Assembly (NCBI GenBank): GCA_964016885.1
Contig: OZ024741.1
Location: 44,764,001 to 44,828,000 of the forward strand
DNA from: Eledone cirrhosa
Taxonomy: Eukaryota
DNA length: 64,000 nt
Direction: 5' to 3'
Part shown: positions 12,125 to 25,091 of the stretch, piece after piece
Layout: each line of letters starts with the position of its first letter
Position numbering within the stretch: the first letter of the stretch is position 1
The notes under the pieces: generated by a model
The model's input: only the letters and a program-made list of their open reading frames with translations
What the model was told of the DNA's origin: nothing
Databases searched by the model: none
Position numbers and translations under genes: made by a program

Positions 12125-13610
12125 GAAAAAAGTATGACCCCGACGGCAGAGCTCAAGCCGTTTCGACGGCTATTTATGGACTAAATTAGAATTTATACCT
12201 TGGTGAATAAATAGACGAACTTGTCAAGGGAGTGCTTCCTTATATGGGAAGATTGTAGTTGTTAAGAGGATTGGTTAAAATTTGTTGTAAACACAAATAA
12301 GTCTATCATGGCATTTGGTGGGAGGTAGGGGTGGCTGAACTTGCCTGTAGAACAATAGGGGAGTGAGTGGAGCGGTCAAGCGTTGAAAGTGATATGTATA
12401 CAGCAGATTCTAAGGATAGTGTATGAAGTGGAGGAGGGAGGTTATAGAATAGGTAAATATATATTGAGTAATGAATAAAAAAAATCAAAATCAAAATCTT
12501 ACAATTACAGGTTAATAAGTTGAGAATAGAAAAAACTTGTAGAAATTGAGTAGTACCAGAACTGATATAAATTAAAGGGGTTTAACACGTCTGCTATAAG
12601 TAGTTAGTAAAACGTATTCGGCCAAATCTATCTTAAAATTACAGGGGTGGGGGAACTGATGCTACAGAGGCTTGATGGGCTACATCGGTGTAGGCGAGAG
12701 GGGAAAAGCAGACGAGGAAGAAAATAGGGGGCGGAAGGAAGTGATAGGATGAGACAGGGGGAAGAAGAAGACAAAGAGGAAAAGAAAAGAAAAGAGATAC
12801 ATCTACCTAAGTAATCTGGGGTTTCCCCTAACTTATTCGGCAAGTGGAGGGGTATCAGCCCTTGTCTACCCACCCGGGTTGTTATGGGGTTTGAGGGCGA
12901 GGTAAGTCATATGCAATCTGTGTTTGCATGCGGTTACCAGTTCGTCTTTCTTGTTTTGGAGTTGGTCCTTCGAAAACAGCATTTGTAATGTTTCATCCGA
13001 GCATAAGTTACACGGACGGCGTCCTCCCGTGTAAGAGTTAGCTCTGGACAGTAAGCTCCAAGTGAGATTGTAGGTTATATTATTATCTTGGAGGTCCCAG
13101 ATGTGGCCCGAAAGTGTAGTGGCATGTCGCCGGACCGGGTTTCGGAAAGTATGTTGGTGTTGGTAGAGCCGGGTCTTGAAGTCACACGCGGTTAATCCTA
13201 TATAAGCTTTGTTGGTGTCCGTCCTCACGTTGCACTGGTAGATCACGTTACGTACTCGGAATTTGCTGTTGGGGGGAACGTAGATCTATCAGGGCAGTTA
13301 CACCTCCTGGTCGGCTCTCCATTGATGTCTAGGTTATTTCTTCCACAGGGGTTGAGTTTTTTGTGGTTTGAGGAGATGATGTTTTGTGCGAAGTTAGGTG
13401 TGGTGCTGTAGGAGAGTTTGATGGTGTTTTTGTTGATTATGTTGTGGTAGCGGTGTTGTAGTGGGAAGTGTTTTTCGAGGAGTCTAAAGAAGATTTTCCC
13501 GATAGGTGTTGCCACCTCGGCATTATGGGGAGGATTGAACCACGTTACGTTGCGTGAGCGGCAGTGTCGCCTGCTGGTTTCGCTAAGGGAAGCTGTCCTT
13601 AGAATCTGCT
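12122..13610 (-). mobile_element. 5'-truncated Penelope-like element, Naiad-type
   Basis: Coding remnant 12866-13610, then a ~740-bp 3' region ending in (TA)n. Degenerate hammerhead-like fold near 12150-12232 (minus); terminal sequence shared with 62062-62185. Confidence 0.85.
12866..13610 (-). pseudogene. PLE thumb/linker + GIY-YIG endonuclease, frameshifted near 13285
   Basis: WFNPP...IGKIF..L..KHFP..H.Y..IIN.NTIKLSYS..PN, CNC, VIYQ...YIGLT...FKTRLYQH...F, T.LS.HIW.L, CNLC..E, NKK.EL...CKHR are characteristic of Naiad-type PLEs. Confidence 0.85.
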
Positions 13611-14795
13611 GTATACATATCACTTTCAACGCTTCACCGCTCCACTCACACCCCTATTGTTCTACAGGCAAGTTTGAATGTGTGTGTAATACTATTTTCT
13701 TGTGGGTGTTTATCGCGAAATAGTAATTCATGTTTATCTTTTTTCCAAAAATAAAATTTGTTATCGTTAATATTATTAAAGTTAATTATTGCTGGCTGTA
13801 GTGTTATATATTTGTTCCCATTTAGCAAAATATTACGTGATTGTAATAGGAATACAAATCGATATTGATATATTTGAAATCATGATAATAATAAAATAAA
13901 CTGGCGAATAAAATAAACCCGCATTATATATCATTATATTCGAATGAGTCATGAAAATGTGATATCAAAAATATAATTATGAACTGAATGCTGTATGTAC
14001 ATCATAATACTAAATGTGTGACGGAACAGTCTATTAAATTTCAGATGATACACACTGATATATAAAGGGATCTAATATACTACATCAAATTATCTAATTT
14101 GAATTAATATACTGCAGTAATCACATGTAATTGAGGATGTGTTAATATCAACATATGCCATGATTTCACTCATGCTTTGAGTTACTGATATGATTAGGGA
14201 TAAACACGGAGGGCATCTCGATTATCTTGAATTTCATCCAACAACACAACCAGCAGCATAATAATCAAAGTTGATGTCGGTGAAAGGTAGAACAGATAAC
14301 GCAAAGAACTTAGGTCGTTCGCTCTCATGTCTCGGTCAAATGTGCACCTATATATGCGGATTTGTCTATGCTACACAATAGTGCAGTTCCATATTGTGAG
14401 TTTGTATCGAGTATATGCCGACTGCATGACGTGGATTGTCGAAATTATATGATTGAGGAATATACAAATGTTTTATAAACACCCCTACATGAGGACGAAT
14501 GTGGGCCTAACTATTATTCTATTGTGCATTCGAGAGTTTTATATCGAATAATATTAATATTCGATGCAAACTAAAATATGCAAGTTCAGCTAATCAGCCT
14601 GTGTATAATTTAGAGAATATTATATATTTTCAAGAATTCTAGCGTGTGACAGACAAGAGAGATACAACATCTTGACAAAGGGCAATAAGCCTGGAACAAT
14701 ATTATTTGCCAGCACTAGAACAAAATGATAGCCGTCACACAGCGTAATGAGACTGTTAGCTTGAAAACAAATCGAATATTATTATTTGATATCAA

Positions 14796-14977
14796 TGGCA
14801 GTATCGGTAGAGGGTTGGATGCCATGCTTTGATGCATAGAGTTACGGCCCTTGCCATTCTGAGTTCAAATCCCGCCGAGGTTAACTTTGCCTTTCATCCT
14901 TACGGGGTCGATAAAATAAAGTACCAGTAATGCACTGGGTAATTGCTGGCCTTGTGCCAAAAGTAGAAACAATTATT
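14796..14977 (+). mobile_element. tRNA-derived cephalopod-type SINE
   Basis: A-box-like tggcagtatcggtag, B box gagttcaaatcc, core gactttgcctttcatcc..cggggtcgataaa; several copies in the window. Confidence 0.85.
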
Positions 14978-15039
14978 TGATATCAAACTGACAAATGTAT
15001 GTACGTATCCGATATGTTTCGGCGTAACTAATTTTGTTT

Positions 15040-15262
15040 TTATGGTGTATTGGCAGTATCAATAGAGCCTCAGACAATATGCTTTACTGCATATAGTTAC
15101 AGCTCTTTACGTGCTAAGTTTAAATCCCACCGAGATTAGTTTTGCCTTTCATCCTTACGGGATCGATAAAATAAAAATAAAACACCAGTAAAGCACTGGG
15201 TTTGATTTAATTGTCCCCGCCCCCCAATTGTTGGCTTTTGCCTAAATCAGAAACCATTATTC
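15040..15262 (+). mobile_element. SINE, same family, more diverged
   Basis: Aligns with 14796-14977. Confidence 0.8.
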
Positions 15263-15871
15263 TATTAATTATTCTTCACTTGTGTGTTTAATATCCACTT
15301 CTTTCATGCGTTTTTACAGCAGAATATATCCTTCGATTAGGCAAAACTGAATGTATCATACATATATAAACAAATTATTTATGTATATAAAATCTTCATC
15401 GATACAAAGAAAGAGAGGATAAACAGGATTTATTTCAATCATATTTGAATTTCATTCGAGTAAACTTTTCTTTGTCCACAGCTACATTGCTTATAAACTT
15501 TCAATAACTATTATTTAATAAATCGGAGTTTGTTTGAATCTCATCAAATATAGAGAGCTTACATGCTCTCGTATCAAACATCGAAAAATAATGGATATTT
15601 TTTCAGAATAGATTAATTGCTCAGAATTCAAAAGATAGTAATCTATGTATCAGGTCTAGTTCCGCGGCATTGTTTTTTAGATTATTGGTGTTGGAAATTT
15701 AAACACATATAGCGTTTAATATATTTAGTGCATAGCGCCTTGAATAAGCATTATATATATATACTATGTAATAGCATTGAAGCAACAGTTACCAGCTAAT
15801 TGATTGATTTTTGTCGCTAACGCGTATTATCTATGTGTTTATGTAGATGATTATGTATTTTGTGTAAATAT

Positions 15872-16565
15872 TATTGATTTCTAATTTACATACAATGCCA
15901 ACCATTTCCGGGGGCCGGGTGTGAGGCGATTACAGTAAACCCATTACTTGACCGGCACTTTATGGTTTTAGACTTCAGAGGAATGAAAGTCAACTTTACC
16001 CCGGCGAGATATGAACGCATAAAGTAAAGAACCAGAACAATTTTTTTTTTTTTTTTTTTCGTTTAATAATTTTATTTACATTATTCTCAAACACCGGAGC
16101 TGGAAATCTTTCGGTTATTCTAAATAGAATATTACTCTAATGGTTATAAATAATGGGATTGATGAGTTAATATCGGTATACAACAACTACAACGGTACGC
16201 GATGGGGCCCACCCACAGCCCCGGGGGACAGAATGGAGAAGGCGTTTCCCCGGAGGGCAGCAAGGGAGACGCGCTGGAAAAGCCACTCCAACTCGCGGGG
16301 CTCACACCTGCGGCTGGCCAGGTCAGCGCCTATGGTGGTGAGTAAGAAGGTAACCCTGGGGCCGAGGACATCAGAAGTCTCCACTGCCAGGGGTACGACC
16401 GCAAACCTGTCGGAGAGCGACCGGCATTTGAGGAGTTTGGCCTCCTGAGCCCGACGTGCAGCAGAACCTGGATCAGTCGCAGACTGCACCAGGTTGCGGC
16501 TGCAGAGTGTGGGTGCAAGTGACATAGCAACCGTCCAACGCTCTAACGCGTCTAACAACCCTGCG
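15872..16565 (-). mobile_element. Degenerate SINE split by a CRE-like insertion (SINE parts ~15872-16039 and ~16528-16565)
   Basis: The SINE body stops at the poly(T) tract and resumes (gtccaacgctctaac) after the CRE fragment. Confidence 0.55.
16040..16527 (-). mobile_element. 3' end of a CRE-clade (restriction-like endonuclease) non-LTR element with poly(A) tail
   Basis: GSAA.RA.EAK..K...L......PLAVET...LG......L..IG..L......RE..WLFQRVSLA.LRGNA.SIL is the CRE-type C-terminus; a 20-nt poly(A) on the minus strand at 16040-16059. Confidence 0.8.
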
Positions 16566-16572
16566 ATCTTAA

Positions 16573-16793
16573 CCCTTTAGCATTTACATTACTCTATATT
16601 TACTATTGTATTTTCACAGTAAAAGCTTTATCTCACATAAATATCTCACATAATATAGGATCGACGAGATTTTGATATTATTTATGTTGAAACTAATACT
16701 TTGGCATAAACATGAATAGCCAGTTATGGCCGGTTTGAACAGAAAGAGGTGAGAGAATTCTGGCCGGTTATGGCCGGTTTAAATGCTAAAGGG
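16573..16793. mobile_element. piggyBac-type MITE with TTAA target duplication
   Basis: TTAA|ccctttagcattta ... taaatgctaaaggg|TTAA: 14-bp perfect TIRs starting CCC. Confidence 0.9.
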
Positions 16794-17140
16794 TTAATCA
16801 TAAGCGTGTATTGAATAATAAAGACGCCATTGGGCTAGGTAAAAAAGAAACGGGAAGCTGAGTTTTTGACCATGCCCGAAAAATATATTTATTTCCATGA
16901 GATTCCTGCAACGTATTTTGACCACTAAACCACTAACCTTTCGCCAAGAAATCTCTATTTCATAAACTCACATTAATTGTTAATTTTCAATTTTAATTAT
17001 ATCAATTTAAGCCACATGAGAATAATATCCATTCTTCCATATCAAAATAGCACCAACATTGGATTTGTGCTGACCAATTAAATCGTTATGGACCCACCCT
17101 TACTTTAACGTTGCGTGTTTTAAGTCTCTAAACGATATGG

Positions 17141-17190
17141 CTGACTGAAGATTCTGGCAAATATTACATCTTATGAAATATGAGTTTCAG
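17141..17190 (+). ncRNA. Degenerate hammerhead-like motif
   Basis: ctga-CTGAAGA-...-GAAA-t-atga-GTT-tcag; stem I pairs, stem II is decayed; lies upstream of a (TA)n tract. Confidence 0.4.
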
Positions 17191-17275
17191 GCAATTTACT
17201 TACGGCTAACGGAATTAAATAATACAAACTCTATCGATATTGATTAATTTTATTCCATTCGTTATAATATATATA

Positions 17276-17805
17276 TATTGTTATACTTCGAGAGGGTCAT
17301 ATTGTTATAATATTGCCAGAAATAATAACAGAACACACTCACTGTTTGGTTTTGGTTGGTTTTCGCTTCTGTATCTTTTATATCTCCATAGTTAATCTAT
17401 TTGACAATCAATGTTTATCATTAATTGACCAACGGTTAAAAATACAGATATAAATATAAATAGCTTAGAGTTTAGACTCAATGGGGTCATTTACAATCAT
17501 TTCAGCTCTAGGAATCGCTTCTGAGCAGTATAAATTAATATTTGATGAACATTTACATGTTTTAGTTGCAATTGACTAATAAGATCGCTAGAGTGAAAAA
17601 TCTTAATTCAACAACATAAAGTCTGCCTGTACGATCTAAAAAAATAATAAATCAATACTCACAGACTCATATGGGCAAACAGCCTTGGTACCTAGACACG
17701 TTTAAAATTCAAAATACAAACTTTTTCCGCAGATATATATATATATAAATATATATATATATAGTCTATCAAAGTTCTTTCGACACACATCTACGACATC
17801 ATCAA
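17276..17805 (-). mobile_element. Member of the 'atgaccctcccaagtataacaatat'-ended family (also 20617-20700, 41920-41975, 62294-62711)
   Basis: Shared terminus abutting (TA)n; minus-strand degenerate hammerhead ttGATGA...GAAAGAACTT-tga at 17767-17805. Confidence 0.55.
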
Positions 17806-18117
17806 AATATAATTTTTTTTAAAGTACCTTCGCAGTTGAACTGTACAAAAATCGCAAACTTACGGGAACAAAAATTCCTGCGACGTGTATAACTCCACAA
17901 TAATAATCGAGCTCTCAGCGACGAGTCTCGCTTTCCTTTTCGTCCTTTTCCTTTTCCTTTTTCGTTTCGTCATCGCCACACAGTAAATGTCAGGCGAAAA
18001 CCATTTCGTTCTCTTCGTCATCAAGCAGCGGTCGAGAAGTGGATGATGTTGATGCATTTAACAACAATAGAGGTAGCAACAGCGGCGGCGGTAGTGACAA
18101 TAACACCTGTGGTGACA

Positions 18118-18216
18118 GAGCACATACCTAAATCCGGAACCTACTCGTGTGGCGGCCTTCGTGGACGTCCGGTGTGCTCGGTCAGATACCCGAAAGGATA
18201 TCTGTCAAATTCGGAT
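18118..18216 (+). ncRNA. HDV-like self-cleaving ribozyme candidate
   Basis: P1 gagcac(a)/(t)gtgctc; P2 atccgga/ttcggat; P3 acc/ggt; L3-like tactcgt; GG for P1.1; P4 cagata/tatctg; J4/2 CAAA. Confidence 0.65.
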
Positions 18217-18229
18217 CTGTATACACCCA

Positions 18230-18915
18230 GAGATGCGACGTGGGAGACACGTCGTTTTTTTTTTTATTCGACAACCGGAGCTGTAAGACCCGCCCTACAT
18301 CTCCTGAAGTTACTTTTCATGGCGTGTGATGTCGAATCGAACCCTGGCCCATCCTGCGCGGGATGTTCCAGGACGATCCGACAATACTTCGTGCCCATTT
18401 CCTGCTCGACTTGCCGACGTAACTTCCACAGGATCTGCAGCGGCCTGACTCTAATACAGAAAAAGAGTCCTCAAGGCTTCGTGTGTGGCTTCTGTCGGGG
18501 GAATAATGTCGTGCCTACCATCCGTTCTGCAGCGATCTCCATTCGCCGATGTCAAATCTGTCATGCAAAAATTCGTTCAGACAACACCCCCTCTTTTGCT
18601 CTACATGTCCTAACACTGCCCATAAACGTGTACGAGCCTTTGGAGGTATATACTAAACCCCTCTTGGCAATGTTCATCCTGTACAAAAACATCTTACCCC
18701 CCCCCCCCCCCCACCTCCCCTCACACACTAACATACCAACCAACACCACACTTACAGACACAACATCTACACAAATACAACTAGACTGTACAAATCCCAC
18801 ACGCACACAACCACACATTTTACAGACTGTACATACTGAACAGCGCTCCCAGAAAAACAGTGACGCACTTTTAAATACCCATGTACATACGCTAACCCCA
18901 CGCCCAATTATGTAA
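18230..18915 (+). pseudogene. LINE ORF N-terminus with 2A-like peptide (DVESNPGP) and PHD-type zinc finger(s)
   Basis: LLKLLFMACDVESNPGP, then CAGC...CSTC...H..C...CGFC and a second, broken CQIC finger. Confidence 0.75.
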
Positions 18916-18959
18916 TCTACACCAATACCTCAAAGTCCCAAAACGCAAACCAACAACTG

Positions 18960-19808
18960 ACGGCAGCCTTAGACACCATATCAACCCTCGCCCTGTCAGA
19001 TCTTCAAATCTACACCGATGGGTCTACAAAAGAAGGTACTACCGATGGCGGAGCTGGTATGGTCATTATGAAAGATGGTGAGGTCGTCCATGTGTGGCGT
19101 ACAGCAACAGGCGCTAGAAGTAGCTCCTTTCACTCACAAAAAGCTACGCTTAGAGAAGCCGTCCACTGGTTCCAAACCAATAACGCAAAATGGACTTCGG
19201 CGACCATCATCTGCGACTGTAAATCTCTAGTTCAGGCAATCGACAACTCTGCCTCCAAAGATCCCATTATAACAGAACTCCAGGCAGCAGTTAACAATCT
19301 AGGAAAAGACAAAAACCTAACTGTGGTATGGGTCCCTGGTCACTGTAATCTACAAGGGAATGAACTAGCAGACAAACTCACAAAGCAGCGCTCCTCACTT
19401 CCACAAAGTAACACCCCTGCTGACCATGCCACGAGATAAGCTCTCATTAAAAGGGAGTGTAGACCAGCACCCTTCACCCACGAGAGAACTCTCCAAACCT
19501 TCAGCAAACCGCCGGACGAGAGAGTCGAAAACGCTATTGACAAGGCTGATCTCACCCATCTTATCCGCTTCAGAAGTGAGCACCATCCAGCACTTCGCAG
19601 GTGGCAGCTACTGACTGACAAATGTGAAAACAGCACTTGCAGACTCTGCGGTGAAGAGGAGGTGGAGTCTGAACACCTTTGGATACGATGCCCTGCATTG
19701 GCGATCGAGAGATACCATCGCCAACTCGGCATATCCTTAGAGGAATTAGTTCGTCACCCAGTCGCATCTCTAGCGCTTCTGAGGAGGACCCTCAGGCGCC
19801 TTAGGTGA
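18960..19808 (+). pseudogene. RNase H domain + C-terminal zinc finger of the same LINE (frameshifted)
   Basis: IYTDGS...GGAG...CDCKS...WVPGHCNLQGNELADKL is RNase HI-like. Confidence 0.85.
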
Positions 19809-20410
19809 ATCAACAACAACAACAACAACATCATCAGTGGTACTATTATGTTTCCTCCTGATGTAATGTAATACCTAGGCCATTTTTATTTTTTTTATTT
19901 ATATATTTATTTCTTCTGGTCTCTGTCTCTGCGCATCCGTTTGCGTGAGTGTTTAATTTTGGTGTGTGTGTTCGTGCTTGAGTTTATGTGTTTGTGTTTC
20001 TGTATTCTATCTTTGTTCACTAGTGTGTGTTTATATGTGTTTGTTGTTATTGCATTTGTGTATATATTTATTTATTTATATTTCGCTTAGGTCAGTGGTA
20101 TTTGTTTGGGTATGGTTGTTGTTATTCCTTTCGTTCTTTCTGTTTAACTTTGGTTTTCTTAGTTCTATCTCAGTTGCATCTCTGATTTGCCTATCCTTTG
20201 AGTCATTCCTATGCTTAGGTATTATCTTAATTTCTATGTTGTCTATATTACCGCCATGTCTTTGTGTATATATATGTGTGTGTGTTTGAGTGAGGGTCCA
20301 TATGTACACAAACACACACACACATATATATATATATATATGTATATATATAGTAATAACAAATTTGAAGATTAAAATCCAAAGAGGGCTCGATAAGGAT
20401 AAATATATAT

Positions 20411-20465
20411 AGAGTTTCAGAAGATCCCGTTAAGGGTGAAAGCAGCGATCCTTTGCTTAAACTTT
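20411..20465 (+). ncRNA. Hammerhead ribozyme motif with one core substitution
   Basis: agagttt/aaacttt stem I; CAGAAGA (U4>A); ccc/ggg stem II; GAAA; gca/tgc stem III; CUU triplet; in a ~130-bp island between (TA)n tracts. Confidence 0.65.
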
Positions 20466-20510
20466 AATCGGTTATTTATATATATATGTATATGTATGTA
20501 TATATATATG

Positions 20511-20616
<106 letters not shown>

Positions 20617-21082
20617 TATTGTTAGACTTGGGGAGGTTCATATTGTTGTAATAATATTGCCAGAATCAATACCAGAACACACTTACTTGAAAAAAGAGTA
20701 AGATTCTATACAAAACAGAGGTTATAGAGAAAATGTGGAATTGGAAATATTACGAAAAGTTTATTTAAATGATCTTCATTCCTCAAAGTGTCATTATTGA
20801 AAACATGAGAGGGACAATTTAAAAAAAAAGTTTTATAATGTATATAAAATACATATAATATAACCAGTTTCGATTTATCAGTGTGATTCATCTCATCAAA
20901 TGTTGAATATTACAATTAAAAAGAATAAAAAGGAATTATAATTTAAAGATTTAAAATTAAGTGTTGAAACAGGTTTGGTCATCTTTCTTGTTGACTAGAT
21001 CTAAAATGGAATCTTATATATATATATATAGAAGAGGTAGCCATAGTAGTAGCAGCAGCAGCAGTAGTAGTAGTAGTAGTAT

Positions 21083-21138
<56 letters not shown>

Positions 21139-21801
21139 ATGGTGGTTGTGGTGGTGGTAGTTGTGTCTTTTCACAAAACAAATTTATTTTTAGGGAGAGG
21201 GAAATTTTCCGTATATATATATATGTGTATATCTCAATTGTTTTAAAGGGTTGGTCAAGTGTTCAGATGGAGGTATTCTATGGGTGAGAGAGGTAAATGG
21301 AATTTGCAAACGTAGAGTTGTAAAAGAAATTCTATTTTTGATATATGGTTTTAGAGATTATGAGTGTGTATGTGTGAGTGTGTATATATAAACACACATG
21401 CATGTGTGCTTGTGTGTAGGTACACCAGGAATGGCGATTACAAAATATTGATGTAGGTCACACTCGAAAACGTTGTTGTGTGCATGCAACACATTGCAGC
21501 TAATATCCGATATCTGAAACTGTACGAATGAAATTTCATTCTTTCGCAAATAAGCATTCATACATACAAACTCATAACCACAAGCGCAAAATAACTTCCA
21601 CTTAGATAAACACTCGCATAGAATATGTATGCATACACAAGGGTCAGCTGAAAGGTTCATTGGTCGAACATGGAAAATTCCATAGAAAGAAACAATGAAG
21701 TTAACAATAAAATTAGTTGAAATCGATGCATGCATGATCACACACTTCTAGCATCCTTCCTTCAGAGTCCACCAATGAACTTTTCAGCCGAATGTCTTAA
21801 G

Positions 21802-21918
<117 letters not shown>

Positions 21919-22081
21919 TTGGACCGATTTCTACGTGCCAAAATTCTTTTGGAACTATGAAACAGTACTGTCAGGAATATTACTTTTTCCAGCATGAGTA
22001 TGAATATTTTTTCCTGAATATTATTTGTATGAAATATGTGTAGAATATACAATTAGTTTCTAAAACGATATATCACTCTCT

Positions 22082-22144
<63 letters not shown>

Positions 22145-22659
22145 TCTCTCTCTAAAAAATAAGAATAAATATATATACATACATATATATATATAACCAA
22201 AGATTAATATGGTTCGTTGATTACTCATCGAATACAATATTACAATAGATTAGAAGCACTCAACAGTTGATTTTCCTGGAGTTTTTAATATTATTCAAAA
22301 TGTCAATAAATAAAAATATTCTCATAATCACAATATATATTTCATTATATATATTTCAAAGGTACAATGGTGTTTAAGTACGTTTTCATCAGACAAAATA
22401 TATGATTTGATATGTGACATACCGCTACGGTTTTGATAATTCAATTCCAGCCAATACTGGAATTGAATATATATATAATGCATTAAACAGCTGAAGTAAA
22501 CTATTAGTTCATAATTATTAATAAGCATATCAGTATAGTGTACGCCAATTGCTTAGTGCACAAGTTAGAAAATCCTGTTCTCCATCTGAACCACAGTTGA
22601 TGATTATATACGGCGTTTAGTTAGTAATTTTTGTGGATAGCGAATTATATAGAGTGCTT

Positions 22660-22696
22660 CTGATAATGATCTTCGCAATGATCGAAACTCGGTCAA
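22660..22696 (+). ncRNA. Degenerate minimal hammerhead motif
   Basis: CTGATAA(G8>A)-t-GATC-ttcgcaat-GATC-GAAAC-tcg-GTC. Confidence 0.5.
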
Positions 22697-23153
22697 TTTG
22701 TTTCTTTTGTTCGATCTAGGGTGGAGAATTACACGCAATGCCGTGTTCTTAAAAAGAAAGTTGACAGCATTGAATGTCACTAGGAACCTCCACGCAGCAG
22801 GTTTAAAGTTGGCTTCATAATTACACTCCTGGGTTCGAGAATGTAGTACTGCATTTTGGGCATATTATCATTTACCACATGCTCTGGAACAGACGTGTTG
22901 TGAACGGAAGTCTATAGACAGGAAACATTAAGACGTCTGTCCGATGGACTGTGTCTCTCATTCAAAGGGTCAATCTTCATGTGTATTGTATCAAAAGTAC
23001 ACATGTTTCTAGAATCGTCGGCCCCTTAAACGTTACGCTCTTGCTTTGATCTTATGTCATAAATATCTTTATATACGCCGCTATCACAAATCCCCCCCCA
23101 TATAAAAGTGCTCCTGGTCTCTATTTATCTCTCTATTTATTTATCTATCTCAA

Positions 23154-23300
<147 letters not shown>

Positions 23301-23336
23301 ATATAAATAATAATATATTAACATATATATATATTA

Positions 23337-23372
<36 letters not shown>

Positions 23373-24739
23373 GCCATACAGAGTGCTGTGTTGATCTTCA
23401 TGTGATAATTCAATTGCGACTTATGTAAGCTTTCACTGTCAGTTCATTTCCAAAAATACATAAACTTTTCTCTCTCCCTCAGCTTCTACTATCAGTTCTT
23501 ATGCTAATATAAGATAATCAATAATATTTTATTTAGTGTATATTTTAAAATGGTTGCCTACATTTCAGCACTTCAGAAACAGTTATTGTTTTCGCAAGTT
23601 CTTGCGTTAGGTTTCCTGATTGTTATACACAGTAAAGGTTTGTTTCGTAATTTTATTTTGTTTTCAGTTTGATATTTACAATCAAAAATAGAATCCATTC
23701 TGACCAGTTAAAAATCGATTTCATGCCCCAGCTGACTCTAAAACTCTCTTTTATCCATTCCTAGCGCTTTGATTTTCAAACGAAATATTTTCACACGCAT
23801 GGAAATTATTTTGTGGTAGTAGATTCTATTCCATGGCAAATTGATTTTAGAGGAAATTGGATAATCTATTTTTGGAGAATTATTATTGCGTTATTGAATT
23901 GGTAAAACTCTACAATAAAGATTTATCTATTTCCATTTCCCGCTCTGGGAAAACAAAACTTTGTTGAATCCTTGCGGTACCGTTTTGTAACGTAGGAACT
24001 CTATCAGTTATAGGCTCTTACTTATTGAGTGATTGTCCGTCATAGAATATAAACGGCTCCCAGGTTAATTATTTTCTGAAATGATTCATCTCTATTAATG
24101 TCAATATATATATATATATATATATATACATAAGTAACAGTAACAGATGGGACTGTAGTGGCGCAATGCCTTGCAGGTGATGTGTGAAAGCAAAAATACA
24201 TCGCCGGCGATAAAAACTAACTTACTAGGTTTGTTAGATTTGTGACTACAGTAGAATGTCGAAAATGTTCATTTAACCGTGCCCAAAATTCTATGATATT
24301 ATTATGGATAATTAACTAATTTGAATTTTAAAATAAATATTACTTGAATAATAATATTAGAAGCAGCGGCGAATACATATTCCAATGGAAACATGTAACA
24401 AACGATTATATATTCAATAGTTCTTTTTACATAAACACTGTATGTGGAGCGTCAAGTAAAAATAATAATTACAATAGAGCTGTTTTAAATCTACTGTAGG
24501 TTTTGATTTTTTACATATAATTATAAACATTTCGAGGATATTCCAAATACTACATACCATTATCACAAAAAAAATCAGGGGAGATAGTAAGGAAGCCTAT
24601 ATATTCTAACCTGAATAGTTTCAAATGACACGGGCAGATCAAGTGTCAATAAAAACTACATAGCCATTTTCATAGTCCATGTATAGACATTATGTATATA
24701 TGCATGCTCGTGTGTATATACCCCCCCACCACCACCCAC

Positions 24740-24778
<39 letters not shown>

Positions 24779-25091
24779 TCAACTACGCCTTCCACTTATT
24801 TAAGATCGATGAAAATATTACCAGATTTATTTATCCTCTATATCTCTTTCTCAATCCCCACTCTATCTCTCTAACGCTCTCTTTATATACACACACATGC
24901 AGAAAACAAATATATATATATAGAGAAAATTATAATTTAGCTTCAGACATAGTTGTATACAGATATGTATTGGAATTTCGTATTTCAGAATAAATACGGT
25001 ATGTTTAAAATAAACATTTGGAGAGCCGTAGCTATGCCAAAACACCAGCGATTAATGCCGTCTGGCGGTGACCAGCAGAAGCAAGGGGGAC

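Larger units (their letters stand above)
18106..19830 (+). mobile_element. Internally deleted Ingi-like (I-group) LINE, ~1.7 kb
   Basis: In order: 5' HDV-like fold, 2A motif, PHD finger, RNase H, CCHC finger (CRLCGEEEVESEHLWIRC), (CAA)n tail; no APE or RT between ~18915 and ~18960. Confidence 0.75.

Noticed and set aside
11610-12189. Long ORFs rich in Y/I/C/V/H/T (also ~3400-3700, 5480-5820, 20420-20700, 60125-60420)
   Set aside because: They are translations of (TA)n/(CA)n/(TACA)n microsatellites.
12866-13310. Possible selenocysteine (UGA) recoding, as reported for some Naiad PLEs
   Set aside because: The conserved Cys positions read TGT/TGC or have mutated to TTC; the TGA at 13243 results from a frameshift and is not at a Cys position.
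4764-14977. Similar inverted SINE pair ~10 kb apart as the ends of a large transposon
   Set aside because: It is a high-copy SINE with several other copies in the window, and there is no shared TSD; these are independent insertions.
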